Shown: positions 11,820 through 23,505 of the stretch, piece after piece | Layout: each line of letters begins with the position of its first letter | Position numbering within the stretch: position 1 is the stretch's first letter | NCBI GenBank assembly: GCA_035193785.1 | Contig: CP136572.1 | Coordinates: 2,132,578 to 2,196,577 of the forward strand | DNA from: Planktothrix sp. GU0601_MAG3 | Lineage (GTDB): Bacteria; Cyanobacteriota; Cyanobacteriia; Cyanobacteriales; Microcoleaceae | Direction: 5' to 3' | Length of the DNA: 64,000 bases | The notes under the pieces: model-generated | Databases searched by the model: none | What the model saw: only the letters and a program-made list of their open reading frames with translations | What the model was told of the DNA's origin: nothing | Program-made: the position numbers and the translations under genes

Positions 11820-14061
11820 ATGAATAAAACATTTTTAAATCAACAATTTAGTTTTCTCTTGAAACCTAGTGGAAATCTAAAATCAGCAAGGGCTTTGCGA
11901 TTAACTATTGCCTTATCTGTTGCGTTAGCCGTTGGAAAATTAACTGGTCATTCTGATATTGGTTTTTATGTGGGTCTGGATAGCTTATTTTTTCTGTTGA
12001 GTGATACTGAGGGATTTTATTGGACTAGGGCTATTTCTCTATTATTTACGGTTTTGGTTTCCACTTTATTTGTTGCTTTGGCGACCTTGGTTTCACATAT
12101 TTTATTACTCAAACTCATATTTTCATTTTGTAGTTTATTTTTAGTGGGCTATATGAGTTTATATGGACACCCAGGAGTTTTGTCTGGAATAGTAATTGGT
12201 TTGTTTACTTTATTTACCCTAAATCTACCCTCTGGAGGTTGGGAAATTGTCAGTGAAAGAGTTATTATTTGTCTAATATCTGGAACTTGGACAATGATAT
12301 TATGTTTAGGTATTTGGCCAGTAAATCCCTATCTTCCCTTAAAAAAATCGATTAGTCAGTGTTATAAAGCTATTGCAAAATATATTAATCAAGCTAAAAA
12401 TATATCTGAATGTCAAGAATTAAAACGAGTTATTCAACTGCGAGAAACCCTACATAATGCCCGCCAAGCCTGGACATTAGACCGCAAATTAAAATTAGGA
12501 AATACGAGGTTAGGGGAATCAGCTATTATTTTAATTCAGGATGCGGATAATTTAATCACATCCATTGTTACGGTGATAGAATTAGTCCAGCTTCATCAAC
12601 ATGATTCCCAATTTGTGACCGTCCGTATTTTAGTTAATAATGCCTTAGAAGAAATTGCCTCTTTTTGTCTAAGTTTAGTCAAACTTTTGTTGGATAAATC
12701 GGTTTCTGTTGATACGAATTACCTACAATCTATTGTAACAGCGATCGCCCAACAAAAACAACTCCAACAAAAAACCATAGCCGATCATGCTGAAGATTAT
12801 CCGGCTTTGGTTGTCATAGAACGCATTATTTCTACCTTAGAAACTATTATTATTCAATTAGATTCTACCGCATCCACCGTCATTCAAATCAAAAATAATA
12901 AATCAATTAATCGTATCCCAAAAGACAAAATTTTATCGGCAGAATCAGAATTATTGTCAGGAAGTAAAACCCCATCTTGGTTTGATCCTTTACGAGATAA
13001 TTTCACCTTTGACTCCAGCTTTTTTCGCCACGGACTCCGATTAAGTATTATGACCACGATTGGAGTAGCTATTTATAGTATAGCAGAACTTCCCCAAGGA
13101 AATTGGTTAACCATTACAATTTTAGTGGTCTTACAGCCTAGTTTTGGCAATACCTTTCAACGATTTTTTCATCGGATGTTAGGAACAATTTTAGGCGCGA
13201 TAATTACCCCTATTTTTTGGATACTAATTCCCAGTCAATTAATTTTACAAACCATTAGTTTAAGTTCAATTGTGATCGGATTTTCTTTAATTCCTTTTCA
13301 TTATGGTTTATCTGTATTTTTTATCTCTATATTTGCCATTGGAAACAGAAATGAGTAGACAGGGGGGAGATTGGCAAGTCGCAATGATTCGTTTTCTCTG
13401 GACTTGTGTGGGGGCAGCCTTAGCTTTTGTGGGGGCATTTTTGTTATTTAGACCGAACGAAAAAGAACAGTTATCGGTTAAATTAGTGAAAGCAATTTCT
13501 GCCTCTTTAGATTACTTTAATGCGGTTTTATCGGTTTATTTAGGAACCGTTCCATACGATTTAAACCTAATTATTAAACAAAGACAAAAAACCCGTTTAG
13601 CCTATTTTAATGCCCAAGCAGCCCTACAACAGTTAAGTAGTGATCCGAATACCTCGGCTACGGATATTGAACCGAAAATGGCACTATTAATTTATTTACA
13701 TCGATTTAGTCGTTCTGTGAGTGTTTTATTCGCACAACTTGAGCATTTTAGTGGCACTGAACCCCATCCTGAATTAGCGAATTTTGTTGAACAGGTCAAT
13801 CAATTTTTTCTACCTCTGATTGGCTGTGTTTTAACGGGAACTTTACCGCCTACCTTACCCACTTTTGAACCTTCAATTCAAGCCATACAAACCCACCTAC
13901 AAACCTTACAAGTAACTCGTCTACAAGAATTTGCCACCGACCAAAACTATACCCCTACCCGTCAAATTTTAAAGGATTATACAATTCTAGGCATCGAACT
14001 CAATCAAATGCTTAATTCCCTCAATTCTATTGATTCTACCGTGGCGCGTTTAAACCAATAA
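11820..14061 (+). CDS. FUSC/YccS family membrane protein; frameshift at 13342
   Basis: Two TM clusters; FRHGLRL, WLTITILVVLQP..T..R..HR.LGT. Confidence 0.85.
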
Positions 14062-14088
14062 AAAACCCCTCAAATCAAATCGAGGGGG
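14060..14088 (-). terminator. Intrinsic terminator between convergent genes
   Basis: CCCCTC-loop-GAGGGG stem with A-tract on + (U-tract for the minus gene). Confidence 0.6.
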
Positions 14089-14129
14089 CATCATTTAGAA
14101 AAATATATTATTAACAGTTTGATTTCAAA

Positions 14130-17100
14130 TTAATGAATCCATTCGGGTATCGCTTCTTCTTTCGTATTAGTCCGACGTTTCCGGGGTTTCACGCACAAAC
14201 TTCAGATGGACAGAACGGGTTTGTTCTCCATCGGCGGCTACGGCGAAAATCGGGAAGTCGAGTAAACCATCTTGGAAAGACATCTGTAAACGGAATGTAC
14301 CATCGGAGTTCAGTTTAATCGGACGTCCACCAATGGTTAAGTTGGCGCTGGGTTCGGTCGCGCCATAGACAATTAGTTCAGCATCCGCTACTAACCAGAA
14401 TTCCCGAGGGCGAATGGGAGGCATGGAAGCACCCATCCCAATACCGGACATTCCCATCCCGGACATTGTGTAGCCGAATCCAGCCCCGGACTCCGTATAA
14501 CCAACACCGGATTGACTATAACCAACACCTGATTGACTATAACCAACACCTGATTGACTATAACCAACACCAGACTGGGTATAACCTAATCCAGCCCCGG
14601 ACTCCGTATAACCAACACCAGATTGACTATAACCCACACCGGATTGACTATAACCAACGCCGGATTGAGTGTAGCCAACACCAGACTGGGTATAACCAAC
14701 ACCAGACTGGGTATAACCTAATCCAGCCCCGGACTCCGTATAACCAACACCGGATTGACTATAACCAACACCGGATTGACTATAACCAACACCGGATTGA
14801 CTATAACCTAATCCAGCCCCGGACTCCGTATAACCAACACCAGATTGACTATAACCAACACCTGATTGACTATAACCAACACCTGATTGACTATAACCAA
14901 CACCTGATTGGGTATAACCTAATCCAGCCCCGGACTCCGTATAACCAACACCAGATTGACTATAACCAACACCAGACTGGGTATAACCAATACCCGATTG
15001 GGTATAACCTAATCCCACCCCGGACTCCGTATAGCCCACACCGGATTGACTATAACCAACACCAGACTGGGTATAACCAACGCCAGATTGACTATAACCA
15101 ACACCAGACTGGGTATAACCTAATCCAACACCAGACTCCGTATAACCAACACCAGATTGACTATAACCAACACCGGATTGGGTATAACCAATACCCGATT
15201 GGGTATAACCTAATCCCACCCCTGACTCCGTATAGCCCACACCGGATTGACTATAACCAACACCAGATTGACTATAACCAACACCAGATTGACTATAACC
15301 TAATCCAATCCCGGACTCCGTATAACCCACACCGGATTGAGTGTAGCCAATACCTGATTGGGTGTAACCAACACCAAGACCGACACCAGACAGGCCAATA
15401 CCCGATTGGGTATAACCTAATCCAATCCCGGACTCCGTATAACCCACACCGGATTGAGTGTAGCCAATACCTGATTGGGTGTAACCAACACCAAGACCGA
15501 CACCGGAGAGGCCAATACCAGACTGGGTATAACCTAATCCCACCCCGGACTCCGTATAACCCACACCGGATTGAGTGTAGCCAATACCTGATTGGGTGTA
15601 ACCAACACCAAGACCGACACCGGAGAGGCCAATACCCGATTGGGTATAACCTAATCCAATCCCGGACTCCGTATAGCCCACACCGGATTGAGTGTAGCCA
15701 ATACCTGATTGGGTGTAACCAATACCAAGACCGACACCAGACAGGCCAATACCCGATTGGGTATAACCTAATCCCACCCCGGACTCCGTATAGCCCACAC
15801 CGGATTGAGTGTAGCCAATACCTGATTGGGTGTAACCAATACCAAGACCGACACCAGACAGGCCAATACCCGATTGGGTATAACCTAATCCCACCCCGGA
15901 CTCCGTATAGCCCACACCGGATTGAGTGTAGCCAATACCTGATTGGGTGTAACCAATACCAAGACCGACACCAGACAGGCCAATACCCGATTGGGTATAA
16001 CCTAATCCAATCCCGGACTCCGTATAACCCACACCGGATTGAGTGTAGCCAATACCTGATTGGGTGTAACCAATACCAAGACCGACACCAGACAGGCCAA
16101 TACCCGATTGGGTATAACCTAATCCCACCCCGGACTCCGTATAGCCCACACCGGATTGAGTGTAGCCAATACCTGATTGGGTGTAACCAATACCAAGACC
16201 AAGACCAAGACCGACACCGGAGAGGCCAATACCCGACTGGGTTTGTCCAACACCGGAAGTGGTGTAACCCAAACCGACACCAGACTGAACTTCACCAACT
16301 CCAGAAGCCCAAATTCCCACGCCGGAGGGGAAAATAAAAGAACTCACGGCCTCTTGGGGTTTAACAACTTGGTGCATCGAACCAAAGAGGGAACCCGCAA
16401 TCCGTTTAGCTTCTGCTTCCTTGGATAAACCAAATAGGTCGCTATGAAACCCCGGCGAGGACATAGGATTTTGTGGGTATGGGGAATTCGTGGAAGGTTT
16501 TCCCTTGTAATTCCTCGTCCCAAGAAACGGTAATAAACTGGTCGTCAATCCATTCTGCGGGATAAACTGGAGGAATCCGAGTCGCCGCAGAACGAGCTAA
16601 TTCTAACCAACGACCGTCAACACAGCGATAACCAATTTCAACAACATAGTCGCGATCGCTTACCGGAATCGGTAAATACCATTCCCGCGCTAACTCATCA
16701 CAGGGATATTCTTGAATACTATGGGGACTTTGAGAGTCCAAATCAATATCAGTAATATCATAAATCCGCAGGGCTAACTGTTGTCCCCCTTGGCGGCGAA
16801 ACATTTCCTTCTGTTCGTTAGAAACATCCCAGTAAGTATAGGCTGATTCAGGATCTCGGGGCATCATCACAATCTGGCTTTCACCATACCCACCGGGTAA
16901 GTCAGCTAAACCTTCATCCACGGAGGATAGGGAATCAGCTATCTGATAGTTTTGACCGACTAGAGAAAACTTTGCAACTTCCACTTCTTCTTGTGCCTCC
17001 AATGCGCGAGATGGATTAGGGGTTCCAAACTTCTGACTTTCGATTTCCTCAATAGCTTCTAAAAGCTGAGATTTACGCATTCGACTATAGCGAGAAATGC

Positions 17101-17170
17101 CATATTCACTTGCTACCTTGCGAAGTTGTCGCAGTGTCATATTTTCTAAAGGTGGGCGTTCCTTTGACAT
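14130..17170 (-). CDS. Rho_N + DUF4912 domain protein with greatly expanded Gly/Ser/Tyr/Thr/Gln repeat; frameshifts at 16446 and ~14177
   Basis: MTLRQLRKVASEYGISRYSRMRKSQL; PRDP..AYTYWD, AREWY; C-terminal FWLVADAELIVYGATEP and, after correction, TNTKEEAIPEWIH*. Confidence 0.85.
14470..16290 (-). repeat. Coding tandem repeat of 21-nt and 27-nt units, including eight 117-nt (39-aa) higher-order units
   Basis: GY(T/S)QSG(V/I) and GYTESG(V/I/A)GL units; GLSGVGLG occurs 8 times, mostly at 117-nt spacing. Confidence 0.95.
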
Positions 17171-17411
17171 AAAAGAGTGATCTCCATTGGCTTAAACAGC
17201 AGATTGATAACTCTGTGGAAATTCTTCGGGATCATGGGGATCGCTTGATTACTCACCATATTGCAGAAAATATTAAGTTTGGTCAAGGGGTAAATGGATA
17301 TTGATGAGTAAATATACACAGTTTTGGGGATTTCGGGGATCATTATGTGATGAAACCCTGACATTTGAGGGTAAAAAAAACCTCTTTGGGGATCAAAGAG
17401 GGAAATTTCCG

Positions 17412-19731
17412 TCAGCGAATCACTTGCCAATCTTCAATCCGCCAAGCCCCATCTTTACGAATCAAGCGATATTGAATCTGTAAGGAGGCATCTTCAGTAT
17501 TTTGGGCCTGACCGCGACTGAAAAACTGGGTTTGTTCCTGAATATTAGCGATTGCTAGGGCTTGGTTAGGATTAGCCTGATCGATCTGGACTTCACTAAC
17601 TTTTACGTTGTGTTTATAGGTGCGATAGGAACCCTCTTGTTTCATGTTTTGCGACATAGCCACCCAACGGGCCAAGGCTGGATCAACTAATATTTCCCGC
17701 AGCCCCTCAACTCGATACTCTGGCCCTAGGGCGGCGGATTTTGCCGATAACCACTGATTCAGTTTGGCTTCCGCCACTTCTGGAGTGATTTTTTCCGGTT
17801 CGGCGGTAACGGGTGTCGGTTCAGGAATGGGTAAGGGAGGCTGGCTCAACTGCACCATTGCCTGTTCCCCTTTCAAAGTTGGCCCAGACCAGCCCAAAAC
17901 ATCGGCGAGGGCTCCAAAAACCCGGGAGAGTAGGAACCAAAGCAACCACAGTCCAAATAATCCTCCCAGACCCAAAATTAATAACCGACGCCATTGACTA
18001 GAATCATTTTTCCGTTGAATCCGACGCAGACTACTGCTGCTATTGGCGGAACCAGAGGCAGCTTTTGGGGCAGGAGTTGCCGGGACATTTGCCGACGCCG
18101 CCGGGTCGGGAAGCGGTTGGGGGGCAGTTTCGGAGGAACCGCGACGGGAAGATTCAGGATTTTTGCGACTTCCCTGCAAGGATGTTGCCGTAGAACTCGG
18201 TTCTACCGAAGTCCGCACACTGGCTGGAGGGGGTTGGGAGGGGGCTAGGGGTTCTTGAAGACTGGCGCCCGATACCCCCATATTTCTAGCGGCCAAAGTC
18301 GCTGTTAAGGCGTCTAAAGAAGCCTGGGTGAGTTGGGAACTCGTTGCCGTTGCGCCGGAGGTTGGGGTCGTGGACTTTGAGGCAGAATCCGGGGCCGTAG
18401 TCGGACGTCTTGGTTGAACCACTACCCACTCATTGGAGGTGTTCCCCGTTTCATTAGGTAGGGCTTCTAAATAGGCTTGGACATGGGGATCGGCAAAATA
18501 ATCCTTTAGGGACACCGACTTATCCAGCAAATCCCGAAAATGGGGAAATACCTCATCCTGTAACCAACTTTCGGCGTAAAGACATAACCCGGGTAACAGG
18601 TCGGGGGAATTCTGGGAATTTTCTCGGATAAAGGCAATGGGTTCCCGTTCCTGACTTAATTCTAGGGAACGACTGGCTTCTTCGGTTTGTCCCAACAATA
18701 GGGCACAAACGGCTTTTTCTAAATGCACATCTTGCCGTCGGCCCAACTGCATCAGCATTAATTTAGCCTTGCGAATTAGGGCGGGTTGGGCTTCGGCAAA
18801 TCCTTGGGCAATTAAGGCATAAACGGCTAAATAGGTAGCCACGGCCGAGGGGCGACGGGCTTCGGTTTCAAATAACCCCTGTTGTTCGGTGGTGGTCATG
18901 TAGCGACGGAGTTGCTGCACAAACCGCAGAAAGTCTTCAACGCCCAAACCTGACCCGTCATCCCCTTGACCATCAATACCGCCGCGTTCGTGGAGCATTT
19001 CGCGTAGAAGTTGCAATCCTTTGCGACGTTTCTGCGGCTTTTTCTAGGGGGAGTTGGAGTAATTCTAAAATCCGATAGGGACGGAGTTTGTAGAGATCCG
19101 TTTGCATTTCACCTCTTAAACTAGCAAACAAGCTTTCTCTTAATAATAAATTCTGTCCGGCTTCTAGGGAAGAAGCGGCATTTTCATATTGTCCTTGTTG
19201 CCATTGTTCTCGACCCAGTTCTAAATAGGCACTGGTGACGGTTAAAACAATATCGGGAACAATTAGGGAGGCTTCCCCAAAACGGCCATCTTTTAACCCA
19301 ATACTGCCCGTATTCAAATAGGGGTGGCATAATTTTACCACTAATTCATATTCCCCTAATTCATGGAGGAGTAATAAAGCCCCCACAAATTGCTGATCTT
19401 CGATCTCAATACTGGGAGTATGGGCATCGATCACGGGTTCGAGGGCGGTGGATTCACTGATGGCCCGTTTCTCGAAAGCGGGAGTTTTGACTTCTGATTC
19501 GGGTTCGTAGGTTTTGGCTAGAAACCCCATATCATAAGCATTTCGCTGATCGGCATCCGATAAAATAGCATAGGCTTCATCAATCAACTGTTTGCGCGTG
19601 GCGATCGCTAAATCAGAATACTCCCGTCTCGGAAGTTGCAAAGTGCGATCGCGGTGCGCTTGCTTCAGTTGTTCTGGAGTTGCTTGAATCGGTAAGCCTA
19701 ATATTCGGTAATAATCGAGTGGAATACGCAC
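17412..19731 (-). CDS. ftn2: Cell division protein Ftn2/ZipN (ARC6 homologue); frameshift at 19028
   Basis: RIPLDYYRILG J-like domain, LYKLRPYRILELL, DLLPGLCLY.E.WL, TM helix, C-terminal IMS/DUF4101 domain. Confidence 0.92.
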
Positions 19732-19744
19732 GGGCAACTTCCCC

Positions 19745-20014
19745 AACGGTGAGAAACTGATTTAGCCATATTAGCAGGAAATGGCGGAAATAGAAATAAA
19801 TGGCAAATTGGGAATTAAGAATTGATAACTCGTAATTCGTAATTCCTAATTCGTAATTCGTAATTCGTAATTGTTTAAAAACGGTGAGAAACTGATTTAG
19901 CTATATTAGCAGGAAATGGCGGAAATAGAAATAAATGACAAATTAGGAATTAAGAATTGATAACTCGTAATTCCTAATTCGTAATTCCTAATTCGTAATT
20001 CGTAATTGTTTAAA
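19745..20014. repeat. 135-bp tandem duplication of the gor-ftn2 intergenic region
   Basis: AACGGTGAGAAACTGATTTAG...GTAATTGTTTAAA at 19745-19879 and 19880-20014 with a few substitutions. Confidence 0.92.
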
Positions 20015-21354
20015 GGGTAACAAATTCTTCTCCACTACTCGGGTGAATTCCCATGGTGTTATCAAAGTCTTTTTTGGTCGCTCCCATATTCACCGCGATC
20101 GCTACTCCTTGAATTAATTCCGCCGCATCTTTTCCTACCATGTGGGCACCTAAAACCCGATCGGTATTCGTTTCCACAATTAATTTCATAAATATCTTAT
20201 CTTCCGATCGGGTAAAACTATGGAACATGGGACGAAAACGGGCTGTATAACATTTAATATTATCCCCAAATTTTTCCCGGGCTTGGGTTTCTGTTAAACC
20301 AACTGTGGCAGCTTCGGGATAGGAAAAAACCGCCGTAGCAATATTTTCATGGGTAATAAATCGGGGTTTATGACCAAATTCCGTATCTGAAAAAGCTCGT
20401 CCTTCGGCGATCGCTACGGGGGTTAAATTCATCCGATCGGTACAATCTCCCACGGCAAAAATATTAGGTTGATTCGTACAACTATCGGCCGTTACGACAA
20501 TTGCTCCTTTTTCATTAATTTTTATCCCGGCATTTTCTAACCCTAATCCAGCTAAATTAGGTTTACGTCCGGTGGCACATAGCAGGGCATCTACGGTTAG
20601 GGATTTTGAGTTTTTCCCCTTAAAAGATAACTTTAATCCGGCTTCGGTCTTTTCAATTTTTTTAATTACTTTTTGGGTTAAAAATTCAATTCCATGACTA
20701 GCCATCCCCGCTTGAATATTATTTCTAATATCCTCGTCAAACCCATGTAAAATTAAATCTCGGCGAATAATTTGGGTAACTTCACTGCCCAGTCCTTTGA
20801 GAATACTAGCAAATTCTACCCCAATATAACCCCCACCCCAAACGGCGAATTTTTTAGGTTGTTCTGGGAGTAAAAACATTTCCCGGGAGGTAATACTATA
20901 TTCAATACCGGGAATATCAGGTTTAACCGCTTCTCCTCCCACCGCAATTAAAATTTTATCGGCGGTTATTTTTTTGTCGCCCACTTCTACCGTATGGGGA
21001 TCAATAAATTTAGCATAACCAGAAATTAGTTCAACTCCAGCTTTTTCTAAAAAACTAATATGCAGTTTACTTAACCGTTTGACTTCCGTATCAACGGCCG
21101 TAATTAATTTATTCCAGTCAAATTTAGGCTCAACTTCTCCCCATCCGTAACCCTGAGCATATTGGTACATATAGGAAAATTGCGAGGCATAAACCATCAA
21201 TTTTTTGGGAACACAACCCCGAATTACACAGGTTTCCCCCGACTAAATCATATTCGGCGATCGCCACTTTTGCCCCGTAGGATGCCGCCCGTTTAGAAGA
21301 AGCTAATCCCCCGGAACCTGCACCAATCACAAACAAATCATAATCATAACTCAT
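20010..21354 (-). CDS. gor: Glutathione-disulfide reductase; frameshift at 21232
   Basis: [19 protein letters not shown] after correction, [16 protein letters not shown]. Confidence 0.93.
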
Positions 21355-21534
21355 AATCTAATTACCTCTTTTATGACCCTTTAATATTAATCTGTTCAAT
21401 GCCCTTTAAATTATAGGGTATTTTCAGTATTTATAGGGAATAGGGAAGATATAAAATCCTTCATAAACAAGGGAAACAATAACTTATAAATTGGGTAATC
21501 CTATAATAGAGTTGGTACTCTTAGGTTAAACAAT

Positions 21535-22434
21535 ATGCCATCTATATCATCAGAAACAATCCGAGATCCCAAACAAGTCGGGGAAGATCTCGCCAATATT
21601 CCAGTGATCTCCCAACCCTTAACCCCTGGAGATCCGCAATTGGGGCTATTTTTATTAACGGAAAATGCCGATACCGTTGAAATTGCCCCCGGAGTCCTCG
21701 GAAGTAACCCCCTAGGTACCTCTCAATATCCCAACGGGTTAGCCGCCTTGGGGGGAGATGATTATGTTCGGGGCTCCACGGACTCAGAAGCAATGAGGGG
21801 AAATCAAGGAAATGACACCCTCGAGGGTCAAGGGGGAAATGATATCCTGTGGGGGGGGCAAGACTCGGATGTGCTGTACGGGGGTACGGAGAATGATTTA
21901 CTAAGTGGTAATTTGGGCAGTGATTATTTGTTTGGGGATGCAGATAATGATTTACTCCGAGGGGGTCGAGGGGATGACGCCTTAGTTGGTGGGGCGGGAA
22001 ATGATACCCTGATCGGTGATTTGGGTGTGGATCGTCTTTGGGGCGGTGAGGGGGCGGATGTATTTGTCCTGCGCACCGATACCGCTACTCCTCCAGTAGT
22101 AGACTGTGGTTGTGGTAATGTTGACGGTCTCGACGAGATTACCTCGGATTTTATCCTCGATTACAATAGCACCCAAGGGGATAAAATCGGCTTGACGGGG
22201 GGGTTAACGGTTAATGATATTGTGTTAACCGAAAAAACCATTACCTATGGCGATCGCCGGGATTATGATAGTAGTGGCCCTTTCCCCCTGGGTCAGATCA
22301 GAACTTTGGATTTTCAAATTGAATCTGCATCGGTGACGGTGATTACGGAAGCTAAAACCGGGAATATTTTAGGTTTAGTCAAAGGAATTTCACCCGCACA
22401 ACTTCAATTTGTCTCCTTTTCCGATAGTATTTAG
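21535..22434 (+). CDS. RTX/hemolysin-type calcium-binding protein
   Basis: Multiple GGxGxDxL nonapeptides. Confidence 0.85.
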   Translation: MPSISSETIRDPKQVGEDLANIPVISQPLTPGDPQLGLFLLTENADTVEIAPGVLGSNPLGTSQYPNGLAALGGDDYVRGSTDSEAMRGNQGNDTLEGQGGNDILWGGQDSDVLYGGTENDLLSGNLGSDYLFGDADNDLLRGGRGDDALVGGAGNDTLIGDLGVDRLWGGEGADVFVLRTDTATPPVVDCGCGNVDGLDEITSDFILDYNSTQGDKIGLTGGLTVNDIVLTEKTITYGDRRDYDSSGPFPLGQIRTLDFQIESASVTVITEAKTGNILGLVKGISPAQLQFVSFSDSI

Positions 22435-22680
22435 TCGAGTATTATATAGGGGTGAAATGAAGTCTAAAACCCCCATTCTAACCCCCTAGTATATAGTTTT
22501 TGAGAAATATATAGAACGTGCCAAGCGCCAAGCAATGTCCTTAGCCAATTGGCACGTCTCTGTTTTTACCCCCTGAATTTATTCCGTGGTCTGCTGACTC
22601 TGATTTCTCCGGCTCAATAAACCTCTTTGTTAATTGCCTATTGCTATAATTGAAGGTAGGTTCTTAATCCACCCCTACAA

Positions 22681-23037
22681 TTGTTAATCTCCATGTTAAA
22701 TTATTTTGCTTTTCGTCGTTTCCAGCCCCTAGTTGTGTTATTCCTAAGTGCTGGTTTTTTCATTCCGGCTGATCAGGCGTTGTCCTTAACGAAGAAAGAA
22801 GCACAAAACTTTAGTACCAAATATATGAAAGGCTGTTTGCAAGGGGTGAATCAATTGGGTCTTGACCCCAAAAAAGGGGAAAGGTATTGTCGTTGTACCC
22901 TGAATAATTTGCTCAAGCTTCCTGATGAAAAATTGCAATCTTTAGGACGGTTAAGCAAAGAAGAAATTAAGCTAGACTCAGTAATTCAAAATGCTATGAA
23001 TAGTTGTCTATCGACTTATACTAAAGGCGATTCATAG
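22681..23037 (+). CDS. Small secreted Cys-containing hypothetical protein
   Basis: Signal-like N-terminus; C..YCRC..C pattern; start may be ATG 22693. Confidence 0.55.
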   Translation: MLISMLNYFAFRRFQPLVVLFLSAGFFIPADQALSLTKKEAQNFSTKYMKGCLQGVNQLGLDPKKGERYCRCTLNNLLKLPDEKLQSLGRLSKEEIKLDSVIQNAMNSCLSTYTKGDS

Positions 23038-23505
23038 ATAATATGGCAAGCCTAAATTATTTCTCACAATATTTGGGTTGACATTCGATTTTGTCTGCGT
23101 TAGCATAAAACCATGCTAATATACGACTACAAACTTTGCAGACAAGAAAAATATCTAAGAAAAAATAATCTCTGTGGCGGTCGCTCTGAGAGTGTCGAAG
23201 AATAGAAAAATCAAGAGAACTGCAAAAGTAAAACTAAGACCGCCGTTTTGGGTGCATTCCGAATTCCTGAATTGAATTATTAATTGCTGTACTCAGTAGA
23301 TAGGAATTAATCAATCTACAAGGGTCGTCCTTGTGGAGTATGTAAACCTTACATAGTGAAGGTTTACGGATTAATTTTATTTATAGCAACGGACATAGCT
23401 ACTGGGACAAAATATACGCTTGTCATTGTCCTAAGCGTGATGGCGACGGCTATAAAAATTTGAGTACAGTTTTCACCTCGCGGGAAAGGAAGCCAGCCAA
23501 ATTTT

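Noticed and set aside
14470..16290. CRISPR array
   Set aside because: No unique spacers, the repeats are contiguous and coding, and no cas genes are present.
14466..16337. 623-aa plus-strand ORF (YNQHRID repeats)
   Set aside because: Antisense shadow of the minus-strand repeat, open because the repeat unit lacks stops in that frame; no domains flank it.
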